Assembly: GCF_965240435.1 (NCBI RefSeq)
Contig: NZ_CBDEKO010000003.1
Direction: 5' to 3' (one strand)
From: Moorena producens
Lineage (GTDB): Bacteria > Cyanobacteriota > Cyanobacteriia > Cyanobacteriales > Coleofasciculaceae
DNA: 64,000 bases
The notes below the pieces were generated by a model. The model saw only the letters and a list, made by a program, of their open reading frames with translations, made no database searches and had not been told where the DNA came from. Every line of letters starts with the position of its first letter. Position 1 is the first letter of the stretch. Positions 18,158 through 26,484 of the stretch are shown here, one piece after another. The position numbers were made by a program, and so were the translations under genes.

Positions 18158-19804
18158 TTGATAATGTCAAAAAAGCCCAAATTTACGATTCGGCGGTTAA
18201 CCGAAGCAGAAGGAAAACCCTCACCGGCAAAAGACCCCCAGCCCACCCCTAAACAGCCTTCATCAGAGACAACAACCTCAAAAACACCAGCATCTCAACG
18301 GTTATTAGATTCATCTACAGGGGGGCATTTTGGGAGTGCTAATCATGTTCTGGCATTCTTAGGGTCAGTTTTAGGTACTAGGTTATCAGATGCAGCAGTT
18401 GTCCGCCGGGCACCCCAGGGAAAATGGTGGGCAGAAGTGGCTGTTTCCCATGAGCGTATCGCCCCACTAATTTGGACAGCGGGAGGTAGACCCTTTGCTC
18501 GTCATGATCAACAATGGGTAAAGTTGTCGCTTTCAGGAGAGTTGCCTAGTCAGGATCAAGACACACAAACCTTAGATGTTAGCACTTGGTCAATTGTAGA
18601 ATTAGCAGAATTATTAGCAGAAGCGAGTTTACCTCCTAGTCGTTATCAAAAAGCCACTGTCTTAGACGTTGTCACCCCTGGCTCCCTAGGTCGGTGGATT
18701 TTGGGTCGTGCCACAGCTTTAGGTCTAGAGGTAACCCTGACCAGCGCCTCACTACAGCCCCTTAATAATAACCATAATAATAATCATCAGGAAAGCTCTG
18801 GGGTTTTATTGATGCGACTGCAGTCTGATGGCAACCGCACCATTCCCGCTGCTCTAGTCCATCGTTTAACCAGCTTACCCTATACTACAGTAGCAGTCCC
18901 GCTCCTAGAGACTGAAAGGGCAAGAATTTTGGTGGATGTGCGCCATCGCCTCCCCCTAACTCCTAGTCTGATTGAGCCAATGATTCCCGAAGATGAAATT
19001 TGGGTATTGGGAACTGCTGATCTAGGCCACTGGCGACTACGCACTATTGGCAATCAGATAGACGGAGGGTTGCTTTTAGATGCACCTCAACTTCCTAAAG
19101 CTAAAGCTCCTTCCTTAGTTTCTAACCGATTACCAAAGCCTATAGCTGTGCAGCTTGTGCCTCGTCCTAGACCTAGCCAAAAAGTGGATGCAGTGCTACT
19201 GGATGATACAGAACTATCGTGGGTGCGCTCCCTGCTGATGGGAAGACCTGTAGGGGAAATGGCTTTTTTGTTACCAGGAGCAGGATACCATCTTTTAACT
19301 GCACCAGGGGGCTTACCTACACAAATCCCCCTAGGTATTCCCTTAATCTGGATAGGACCAAGCTCCCTCTATTTAGAGTTAGGCATGGACTTTTATCCTT
19401 CGTTACCTAATGGAGCTCGTCAGCAGCGATTTAACCTAAACTCCAAGGCTGCTGTGGTGGTGGCTCGTAATCAAACATATCGCTTTAATATAGCCGAGAT
19501 GACTCCAGCTTGGACACTCTGGGTAGGGGAAGTTCCCCAGGTGAAAGCAGGACTTTCCAAACCAGGTAAACAGTTGCTCAATAGCATTTCTAAACAGTTG
19601 CGACAACGGGAAACCAAACCGTGGCTCCAGGAACTTTTTCCACCTAAACCAGATAGTACTCAGGAAGTTGGAACGTTGGAACAGGCACAGCAAGCAGAAT
19701 TGAAGGGAGATTTAGTCAAAGCCGCAGCTTTGTTAGAAAATGCCGGTTATTCAGCACAGGCGGGTCGGTTGTATGAAAGGATTGGCAAGAGGAGGGGAAG
19801 GTAG
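18158..19804 (+). CDS. Large hypothetical protein (548 aa); candidate third component (VMAP-like) of a MoxR-centred system
   Basis: ORF only. The C-terminal AAALLENAGYSAQAGRLYERIG resembles the AAQCY repeats of the preceding FGS protein. Confidence 0.5.
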   Translation: MIMSKKPKFTIRRLTEAEGKPSPAKDPQPTPKQPSSETTTSKTPASQRLLDSSTGGHFGSANHVLAFLGSVLGTRLSDAAVVRRAPQGKWWAEVAVSHERIAPLIWTAGGRPFARHDQQWVKLSLSGELPSQDQDTQTLDVSTWSIVELAELLAEASLPPSRYQKATVLDVVTPGSLGRWILGRATALGLEVTLTSASLQPLNNNHNNNHQESSGVLLMRLQSDGNRTIPAALVHRLTSLPYTTVAVPLLETERARILVDVRHRLPLTPSLIEPMIPEDEIWVLGTADLGHWRLRTIGNQIDGGLLLDAPQLPKAKAPSLVSNRLPKPIAVQLVPRPRPSQKVDAVLLDDTELSWVRSLLMGRPVGEMAFLLPGAGYHLLTAPGGLPTQIPLGIPLIWIGPSSLYLELGMDFYPSLPNGARQQRFNLNSKAAVVVARNQTYRFNIAEMTPAWTLWVGEVPQVKAGLSKPGKQLLNSISKQLRQRETKPWLQELFPPKPDSTQEVGTLEQAQQAELKGDLVKAAALLENAGYSAQAGRLYERIGKRRGR

Positions 19805-19987
19805 AATGTAGAATTGAGAATGTAGAATTGAGAATTGGGAATTGAGAATTGGGAATTGGGAATTGGGAATTGGAAATTGAGAATTAAGAATTGAGAATGT
19901 AGAATTAAGAATTGGTAATTGAGAATTGAGAATTGAGAATTGAGAATTGAGAATTGAGAATTGAGAATTGAGAATTGAGAATTGAGA
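19805..19987. repeat. Heptamer array (GAATTGA/GAATTGG/GAATGTA)n, ~26 units
   Basis: Direct read. It forms an inverted pair with the array at 20160-20236. Confidence 0.9.
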
Positions 19988-20159
19988 AAAAATTAATCAC
20001 AACATTTTTATAGTTATAGCAATTATAAATCATTTGTAAAATCAGACAAATCTGGAATCGTTGCTGGGAAAAGGTTATAGCGATTCGGCGAGGCCGACGC
20101 TATCGCGAACACTTTAGCCAATATATTTCACGAATCATTTAGGACTGCTATATGTATAT

Positions 20160-20236
20160 TTTTAATTCTAAATTCTTAATTCTAAATTCTTAATTCTAAA
20201 TTCTTAATTCTACATTCTTAATTCTTAATTCTACAT
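20160..20236. repeat. Heptamer array (AATTCTT/AATTCTA)n, the reverse complement of the 19805-19987 array
   Basis: Direct read. Confidence 0.9.
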
Positions 20237-20243
20237 TAACAAC

Positions 20244-21554
20244 ATGAGTCACTATGCAAAAGGACAATTTAATTCCTACATTATTCGTCAAGCTAGAACT
20301 GTAGGTCGGAAAGTAATTCACTCTACTCGTACCCAGTCTTTACCGAGTCACCTTAGCCTACTTCCCACGGCTTTAGCACAACTACACCGACTTAGCATTT
20401 ATCCCCCTTTATCCCTAGTCCAAGACCTCCTCGACCTCACTGGTGGTCGTACCGTTCATAAGTCCCTGTCTCAACTGGCAAGAGATACTAACACCGGAAT
20501 TCCTGGATTAATTGCCCTGCGCTGGCCTGCTCCTGCACGGATAGGAATGGTGGCTTTGTTGCTACACAAACTCCCTCTGACGGACTGGGAACCTCCCTCT
20601 GGTATCTCTCCCAGGAAAGTCTGGGAAGCTCTCAAAGCTGGCCTAAAAGGGAAACCCATTGAGCCAAAAGCCCCACCAACCCCGATTTCCCTCTTGCAAG
20701 AGTCCGCTAAACACATCGATGAGCGCCTCTTATCTTTACTCGCTATTCTCGGTCCTCAAGCTGTAGAAGCGGAACCGGCTTTACCCCTACGTTTATTGTC
20801 CCGTGTCCAAGACTTGCCAGTTTTGAATTCCATTCAACGCCAGTTATTAGGAGTACGCATCTGTTTCGGCGAGCATTCAGGACGTGCCATTGGCAATGCA
20901 CCGGGAGTAGAACGAGGTCAGGTAAGTGGTGTAGAGACAGCTAGCCGCACGGATTGGAATTCCCTACTTCCCAGCCAATTAGCCATGCCCAAATCTTTAT
21001 TTAGCTACCGTTACCAACGGGGAGAATTGTTATTTCGTACCCGTGAACTGGCTGAACCACCACGCCTTCGTCCGACCGTCTTGCTGTTGGATGTCACTCC
21101 CCCTGTCTTTGGTCCAGTTGAAGCTCTTACCCGTATGGCAGCTTATTCTATCAGTTGTTTGTTACAACAAGCTAGAATACCAGTTGTTTTAGTTACCACT
21201 GGCGAAGACGAAGAACGGTTAATAGAACTGAATAATTCAATTGATTTAATCTCAATTTGGACACAACGCTCAATGGAACCCCCTAATGAATTACGGAGTT
21301 TGAAACTCGCTGATGCAGTCCGAAGCAATCTCAGAAATGAAAGTGGACTTGAACCGATGATCTTATTATTAACTCAGCCTTGGTTTGGTGCTGAAGCGAA
21401 AATCCCACGGATTCAAGGACTGCGGGGACTTTTTATTCAATATCCTTCCTCCAATGTACTTCCGGCACTTGGTAGTTTATGCGAAAGATGGGAGAGTGTC
21501 GGTGCTAGACAAAAAGAAGAGTTAGGTCAAATTTTGGGATATCTAATCGGCTAG
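20244..21554 (+). CDS. Hypothetical protein with a possible degenerate vWA-like C-terminal region
   Basis: VLLLDVTPPVFGP...VVLVTTGEDEE...MILLLTQPWFG alternates beta-strand-like hydrophobic runs as in vWA folds but lacks a canonical DxSxS MIDAS. Low-confidence inference. Confidence 0.45.
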   Translation: MSHYAKGQFNSYIIRQARTVGRKVIHSTRTQSLPSHLSLLPTALAQLHRLSIYPPLSLVQDLLDLTGGRTVHKSLSQLARDTNTGIPGLIALRWPAPARIGMVALLLHKLPLTDWEPPSGISPRKVWEALKAGLKGKPIEPKAPPTPISLLQESAKHIDERLLSLLAILGPQAVEAEPALPLRLLSRVQDLPVLNSIQRQLLGVRICFGEHSGRAIGNAPGVERGQVSGVETASRTDWNSLLPSQLAMPKSLFSYRYQRGELLFRTRELAEPPRLRPTVLLLDVTPPVFGPVEALTRMAAYSISCLLQQARIPVVLVTTGEDEERLIELNNSIDLISIWTQRSMEPPNELRSLKLADAVRSNLRNESGLEPMILLLTQPWFGAEAKIPRIQGLRGLFIQYPSSNVLPALGSLCERWESVGARQKEELGQILGYLIG

Positions 21555-22589
21555 ACCCATGCCAGGAATCAGTGTCCCACAAGACGGACAATGGTTATCC
21601 AGCATTTTATTTTCCAACAACTTAAAACCATGACGTTTAATTAATATTTCTCCACAGTTGGGACATACTGTATCCTGTTTCCCTTTTTCCAAAAAGTTAC
21701 CAAAATAAACGTATCTTAATCCTGCTGCTAGTCCAATGTCACGGGCTTGGTATAGAGTTTCAATCGGTGTGGGTGGTACATCTTCCATTTTGTAGGCTGG
21801 GAAAAATCGTGTGATGTGCCACGGCGTATCAATCCCTAATTCCTGGGCAATAAATCCTGCTATATCTTCTAATTCCCCAGATTCGTCATTAATACCAGGA
21901 ATAACTACAGTAGTCACTTCTAACCATATCCCAAGAGATTTCATGAATTTGAGGCTATCCAATACAGGCTGCAATCTACCTCCAAACTGTCGATAGGTTT
22001 GGTCTCTAAAGGCTTTTAAATCTACATTAGCGGCATTTAAATAGGACTGACAAACGTCCAGCATTTCCTTGCTCATAAAACCATTGGTTTTAAAGAGATT
22101 AAAAAGTCCGGCTTTGTGAGCTAAAGTAGCAATGGCGTGAACATATTCAAAAAAGATAGTTGGTTCAACATAGGTATAAGCAAGACTACGACAACCCACC
22201 TGAAGTGCAGCCGCAACAATTTTCTCAGCTGAAGCCTCAACCCCAATTGCGGCAAACTCCTCTGTTGACATTTGGGAGACTTGCCAATTAGTGCAATATT
22301 GGCAATGAAAATTACAACCACTTGTGGCTATAGAATAGGTCGTTGAACCTGGATAGAAGTGAAATAATGGCTTCTTCTCAACCCCATCTATATTCTGAGT
22401 TACAGTACGACCAAAAACCAGGGTATAAAGGGATCCTCCCCGATTTTCGCGCACCTGACAGATGCCTCTTTTGCCTTGAGGAATAAGGCAGTAATGAGGA
22501 CACAGTTGACACAAAACGCTCCCTTCTTCCTGCTTCTGATATAGCATAGCTTTCTTGGGATTGTTTAATTGGTAAGTGTTACCGTTCAT
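21543..22589 (-). CDS. amrS: AmmeMemoRadiSam-system radical SAM enzyme (AmrS-like)
   Basis: CQLCPHYC...GKRGICQVREN N-terminal Cys cluster, DGVEKKPLFHFYPGS, radical-SAM CNFHCQYCTNW (CxxxCxxC). Confidence 0.75.
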   Translation of the reverse strand: MNGNTYQLNNPKKAMLYQKQEEGSVLCQLCPHYCLIPQGKRGICQVRENRGGSLYTLVFGRTVTQNIDGVEKKPLFHFYPGSTTYSIATSGCNFHCQYCTNWQVSQMSTEEFAAIGVEASAEKIVAAALQVGCRSLAYTYVEPTIFFEYVHAIATLAHKAGLFNLFKTNGFMSKEMLDVCQSYLNAANVDLKAFRDQTYRQFGGRLQPVLDSLKFMKSLGIWLEVTTVVIPGINDESGELEDIAGFIAQELGIDTPWHITRFFPAYKMEDVPPTPIETLYQARDIGLAAGLRYVYFGNFLEKGKQDTVCPNCGEILIKRHGFKLLENKMLDNHCPSCGTLIPGMGLAD

Positions 22590-22685
22590 TATGGCAAGAA
22601 TACTTTCAGAAATCTTTAACTATAGCGGTTTTTAGTCTAATACTTCCTTCCAGGATGGTTAGATAAATTTGGCCAAAATCCCGAC

Positions 22686-22750
22686 TATCAGCTATCAGCT
22701 ATCAGCTATCAGCTATCAGCTATCAGCTATCAGCTATCAGCTATCAGCTA
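22686..22750. repeat. Heptamer array (CAGCTAT)x9-10
   Basis: Direct read. Confidence 0.9.
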
Positions 22751-22819
22751 ATGGGCTACGGGAATAGCTTTTGAATAAAACAAGTAAGCATTGGTTTAAT
22801 CTCTGTGGCGTTGCTGAAT

Positions 22820-23150
22820 CAATCAATGAATATAAGTAGAGTGGGCATCCTGCCCGGGCGCAAATAACCATGAAACTGGCAAGATGCCAGTTCCACGCCT
22901 GATGGCCATTCTAGAAAACTATTACAATCAATGAATCTAAGTAGAGTGGGCATCCTGCCCGCGCGCAAATAAGCATGAAACTGGCAAGATGCCAGTTCCA
23001 CCAAGATGCCCATTATACAAAATTATTACAATCAATGAATCTAAGTAGAGTGGGCATCCTGCCCGCGCACAAATAAGCATGAAACTGGCAAGATGCCAGT
23101 TCCACCAAGATGCCCATTATACAAAACTATTACAATCAATGAATCTATTC
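22820..23150. repeat. ~107-bp tandem repeat x3, each unit carrying the imperfect palindrome GGGCATCCTGCCCG...CTGGCAAGATGCCAG
   Basis: Units start at ~22822, ~22926, ~23029 (caatcaatgaat.taagtagagtgggcatcctgcccg.gcgcaaataa.catgaaactggcaagatgccagttccac...). Confidence 0.85.
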
Positions 23151-23246
23151 AAATTATTCCATTAATTCTATTATTAAGCAAGGCCAACATTGAGATACAC
23201 TCTCCCTATTCCCTGTTCCCTGTTCCCTGTTCCCTGTTCCCTAAAA

Positions 23247-26075
23247 TCAAGGCAATATAATCGTCTCAGCAAACAAACTCTGCAATCGCTCTAACTTACC
23301 ACCCTTTTGATACAACAAATCTCCCTTACCTAACAAATAAGCTGCTTCACTGTTGCTACCACCAAAAATAATCCTTGAGTCGGCTTCAGACGCTGTGCGT
23401 AAAGCAATTCGCCCAGGTAAATTAGAGCGAATAATCGGAGTAACAACTTTCGCTTCTGGTCGTTGAGTAGCAATAATCAAATGAATTCCAGCTGCTCTAG
23501 CTTTGGCTCCTAAACGCTTAATACTTGATTCTAACTCTTTGCGGATTTCTTTTTCTGCCATGAAGTCAGCATATTCATCAAATATACAGACTATCCGAGG
23601 TAATGGTAAAATTTGTTTATTAATCAATTGCTGATTATAAGCATCCAGGTGAGCACACTTGGCTTGTTCAAATTTCTGGTAACGCTCCTCCATTTCGTCA
23701 ACTAATTGCTCCATCAATTCGATAGCGCGTCCGCTATCTTTTACGATTGGTGACAGCAACCATGGCATGTCCTCAAATTCCGGGAAAGTGACGCGCTTGG
23801 GATCAACTAGAGCAATTTTGAGCTGTTGAGGAGAATGCTGATAGAGTAGGGATAGCAGAAGCGATCGCAAAAATTCACTCTTGCCACTTCCGGTTGTGCC
23901 CCCTACTAAAAAGTGACAAGTATTGGGATCCGATAAATCCGCTTCTACCAATTTCCCATCTAAATTTACTCCAAGCCCAATCTTGGGAGGATTGCTGGAG
24001 CTTTGGTGAACCTGGATATAGTCATCAAATCTAGCTACTTCTCTATCCTCATCCTTCCGTGGTAAATCCACACTGACATACCCAGCTTCAGGAGTAATCA
24101 AGGGAGGATTCTCCAGACCTAAGTGTACTTGTAAATCCTTGGATCGATTCTGTATCGATATGACTTTTACCCCACGATTGGGTTTTACCTTGATCCGGAC
24201 AAATGCTGGAGCAACTGTTGCGTTGACATAATCAACACTAATTTTAAAGTCTTCTAGAGTACTCACCAATTTTTCCCCGGTCTGGTCAGCATCAAGACTT
24301 TGCCGGGATGGTGCTTTGACCGGCTTTTGCTTAGTCTGAGGAATTTTGGGGGATGGTGGCTTGACCGGCTTTTGCTCAATATCAGGAATTTTGGGGGATG
24401 GTGGCTTGACCGGCTTTTTCTCAGTTTTCCCATCCTCAAAAAAGGTTTGACAGGTCTGCTGTTGGGGACAAATGTTGCATAGGTGAGGCTGTCGTGTCGG
24501 TGGTGGTGGCTCCAGGTTGCCCTTACCGATTGCTGGAGTGCAATGGTTTTTTCGGCGTTGCTCATTAGTTTTGGTCAAGCCCCCTAAATCCCCCAACTTT
24601 GGGGGACTTTGAGAGTTTTGTTCCCCCCAAAATTGGGGGGCTAGGGGGGCAAAATCATACCCAGAATCAGCAACGCCCCCATCTCCACTCTCTTCGACCT
24701 GGGCAGGTTTCCAACTCAGCCATGCCCGCATCTGTTGTAATTTATGGGGAATGAGCTGATGCACTGTATCTTCTAGCTCTTCCCGGGAATAGTAGTGTTT
24801 TTGGAATTCCGGTAAAACACAATAAACCGCTGCATCGATTGCTACTCCTTTTTTTTGGTGGAGCATGTAACTATAGAGGGCTACTTGAGCTAGGTTAGCG
24901 GATGGATCTACCGGTTGATAGGTTTTATAGTCTACGACACAATAGCGATCGCGCTCACAGTCGAAAATTAAGCTATCGAATTTTCCATTAACTCGTTGCT
25001 GGCTGCCATCAGGAAGAGTGAAGTTATAACTGAGCTTTATTTCTTGAGCAACGAAGGTTTTACTAATTACTTCCTCTGGCTGACAATAGGGTCGATTAGT
25101 AACTAGCAGTTCAGTCCAATGGGGAATTAGTGATTTTAATCCTTGCCACAGTTGAAGTAAGATCGAGGCTATATCTGGATTGGTATTGATTTTGGGGAAA
25201 ACCACTAGCTCATACAGTAGCCGTTGCATCTCAGAGCTAATCTGGCCTAGGTCTTGCTGACTTGCTGTGGCAGAAAATAAGGCTTGAAATCGGGAATTTT
25301 GCTTTAGTGTGTCAGTACACTGTTGACATAGCTGATGGAATACTGTCCCAATACCTGGTGAGTCGGATGGTGGTATAAATAGGGTTTTTCCACCAAAGCG
25401 CTGACTCAAATAAAATAAGCGAGGACATTCAATGGCTACCCTAACTTGGGTAACACTGAAGGCAGGGGATTCCGATTGTTGCGTCCGTGATTCTTTGGTG
25501 ACCATCTGCTCTGGATTCGAGCTATTTTTGGCAATTTCTACTAAGCGGCGATGGACATGGGCTAGATACACTGTATCCAGTTTTGCATACTTTAGCTGTT
25601 TTTGGGTTAGCGGACGTTTTCCCCAATCACTGCTTTGCTCTTCTGTATCGACATTAGCGAAATTGCACAGCTCTCGCGCTAGGGTTTTTAGTTTATTATT
25701 AGATACCTGTAATGGATTAGACAGTTTCTTATTCGTCAGCGTTCTAGCTATTTTATAGGTACAGGTAACATTCTTAGCTTGCTCTTTACCCCCTAGATAG
25801 CGTAAATCAAAACTAGCGTTGTGAAAGACTTTTTCAATGTTAGGATTAACCATAATATGGTTAACAAAGTCTATCACTATTTCTGGTTTTTCTAATACAT
25901 CTAATATATAAGCTTTTTCCCCATTTGTATCCGTCGGATCAGCCAATACCTGAATCAGAGATAATCTGGGATTAGGGGTATTCCAGTCAGCTATTTCCGT
26001 ATCTAACCAGAGGATTTTTTCTGCTGATAAATTAAGGATTAACTCTCGGAGCTGGGCTGGTTGAGTCAGGTACAT
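23247..26075 (-). CDS. Multidomain protein: N-terminal DEDDy 3'-5' exonuclease (RNase D/WRN-exo-like) + RecB/Cas4-like PD-(D/E)xK nuclease + Pro/Lys-rich repeat linker + C-terminal FtsK/SpoIIIE/HerA-type P-loop ATPase
   Basis: Exonuclease: ILWLDTEIADW...LIQV...YAKLDTVYLAHV. Nuclease: GKFDSLIFDCERDRYCVVDYKTY (motif II/III with DYKT). ATPase: FLVGGTTGSGKSEFLRSLL (Walker A), VCIFDEYADFM (Walker B), HLIIATQRPEAKVVTPIIRSNLPGRIALRTASEADSRIIFG. Confidence 0.8.
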   Translation of the reverse strand: MYLTQPAQLRELILNLSAEKILWLDTEIADWNTPNPRLSLIQVLADPTDTNGEKAYILDVLEKPEIVIDFVNHIMVNPNIEKVFHNASFDLRYLGGKEQAKNVTCTYKIARTLTNKKLSNPLQVSNNKLKTLARELCNFANVDTEEQSSDWGKRPLTQKQLKYAKLDTVYLAHVHRRLVEIAKNSSNPEQMVTKESRTQQSESPAFSVTQVRVAIECPRLFYLSQRFGGKTLFIPPSDSPGIGTVFHQLCQQCTDTLKQNSRFQALFSATASQQDLGQISSEMQRLLYELVVFPKINTNPDIASILLQLWQGLKSLIPHWTELLVTNRPYCQPEEVISKTFVAQEIKLSYNFTLPDGSQQRVNGKFDSLIFDCERDRYCVVDYKTYQPVDPSANLAQVALYSYMLHQKKGVAIDAAVYCVLPEFQKHYYSREELEDTVHQLIPHKLQQMRAWLSWKPAQVEESGDGGVADSGYDFAPLAPQFWGEQNSQSPPKLGDLGGLTKTNEQRRKNHCTPAIGKGNLEPPPPTRQPHLCNICPQQQTCQTFFEDGKTEKKPVKPPSPKIPDIEQKPVKPPSPKIPQTKQKPVKAPSRQSLDADQTGEKLVSTLEDFKISVDYVNATVAPAFVRIKVKPNRGVKVISIQNRSKDLQVHLGLENPPLITPEAGYVSVDLPRKDEDREVARFDDYIQVHQSSSNPPKIGLGVNLDGKLVEADLSDPNTCHFLVGGTTGSGKSEFLRSLLLSLLYQHSPQQLKIALVDPKRVTFPEFEDMPWLLSPIVKDSGRAIELMEQLVDEMEERYQKFEQAKCAHLDAYNQQLINKQILPLPRIVCIFDEYADFMAEKEIRKELESSIKRLGAKARAAGIHLIIATQRPEAKVVTPIIRSNLPGRIALRTASEADSRIIFGGSNSEAAYLLGKGDLLYQKGGKLERLQSLFAETIILP
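24290..24440. repeat. In-CDS ~63-bp tandem repeat encoding KPVKPPSPKIP(D/Q)..Q x2.5
   Basis: ggtggcttgaccggcttttgctcaatatcaggaattttgggggatggtggcttgaccggcttttt... Confidence 0.8.
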
Positions 26076-26194
26076 TGGTGCTTGTTATCCGAATTTTTGT
26101 TATGGTAAAATAATCTTTAGCGGTCAGCGGTCAGCGGTCAGCCGTCAGCCTTTGGCACCTCAAGTAGGGTGGCACAGGCTTCTAGCCTGGTTTT

Positions 26195-26235
26195 TAGGGA
26201 ACAGGGAACAGGGAACAGGGAACAGGGAACAGAGC
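26195..26235. repeat. Heptamer array (GGGAACA)5 preceded by a (CGGTCAG)n array at 26108-26150
   Basis: Direct read. Confidence 0.9.
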
Positions 26236-26337
26236 TTGTAGGGTGGGCAAAAACAGTTTGCTTCTTTTGATAATTCTGGATTATATTACTTTGCCCACCC
26301 TACTTGAATTGGTCTGAGAGCTGAGAGCTGATAGCTG

Positions 26338-26452
26338 ATATAGCGGTTATTGCATTTATGAGCTACACTTTTAAACCTCAAAGTCCCCCTTTTTAAGGGG
26401 GATTTAGGGGGATCCCTTTGTAGCTCATGGGAAATATAATTGCTATAGCTGA
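26338..26452. mobile_element. Palindromic MITE with GGGGGATTTAGGGGG core (same family as 16277-16396)
   Basis: atagcggttattgcatttatgagctacac...aaagtccccctttttaagggggatttagggggatccctttgtagctcatgggaaatataattgctatagc. Confidence 0.6.
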
Positions 26453-26484
26453 TAGCTGATTGCTGATAGCTGATAGCTGATAGC

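Noticed and set aside
22819-23013. ORF 22819-23013 and other small ORFs inside tandem repeats or MITEs (3109-3297, 3254-3493, 26286-26525, 33603-33861, 55390-55714, 31251-31533, 18064-18246, 13688-13870)
   Set aside because: They lie entirely within repetitive or palindromic elements with repeat-derived amino-acid composition; no coding signal beyond an open frame.
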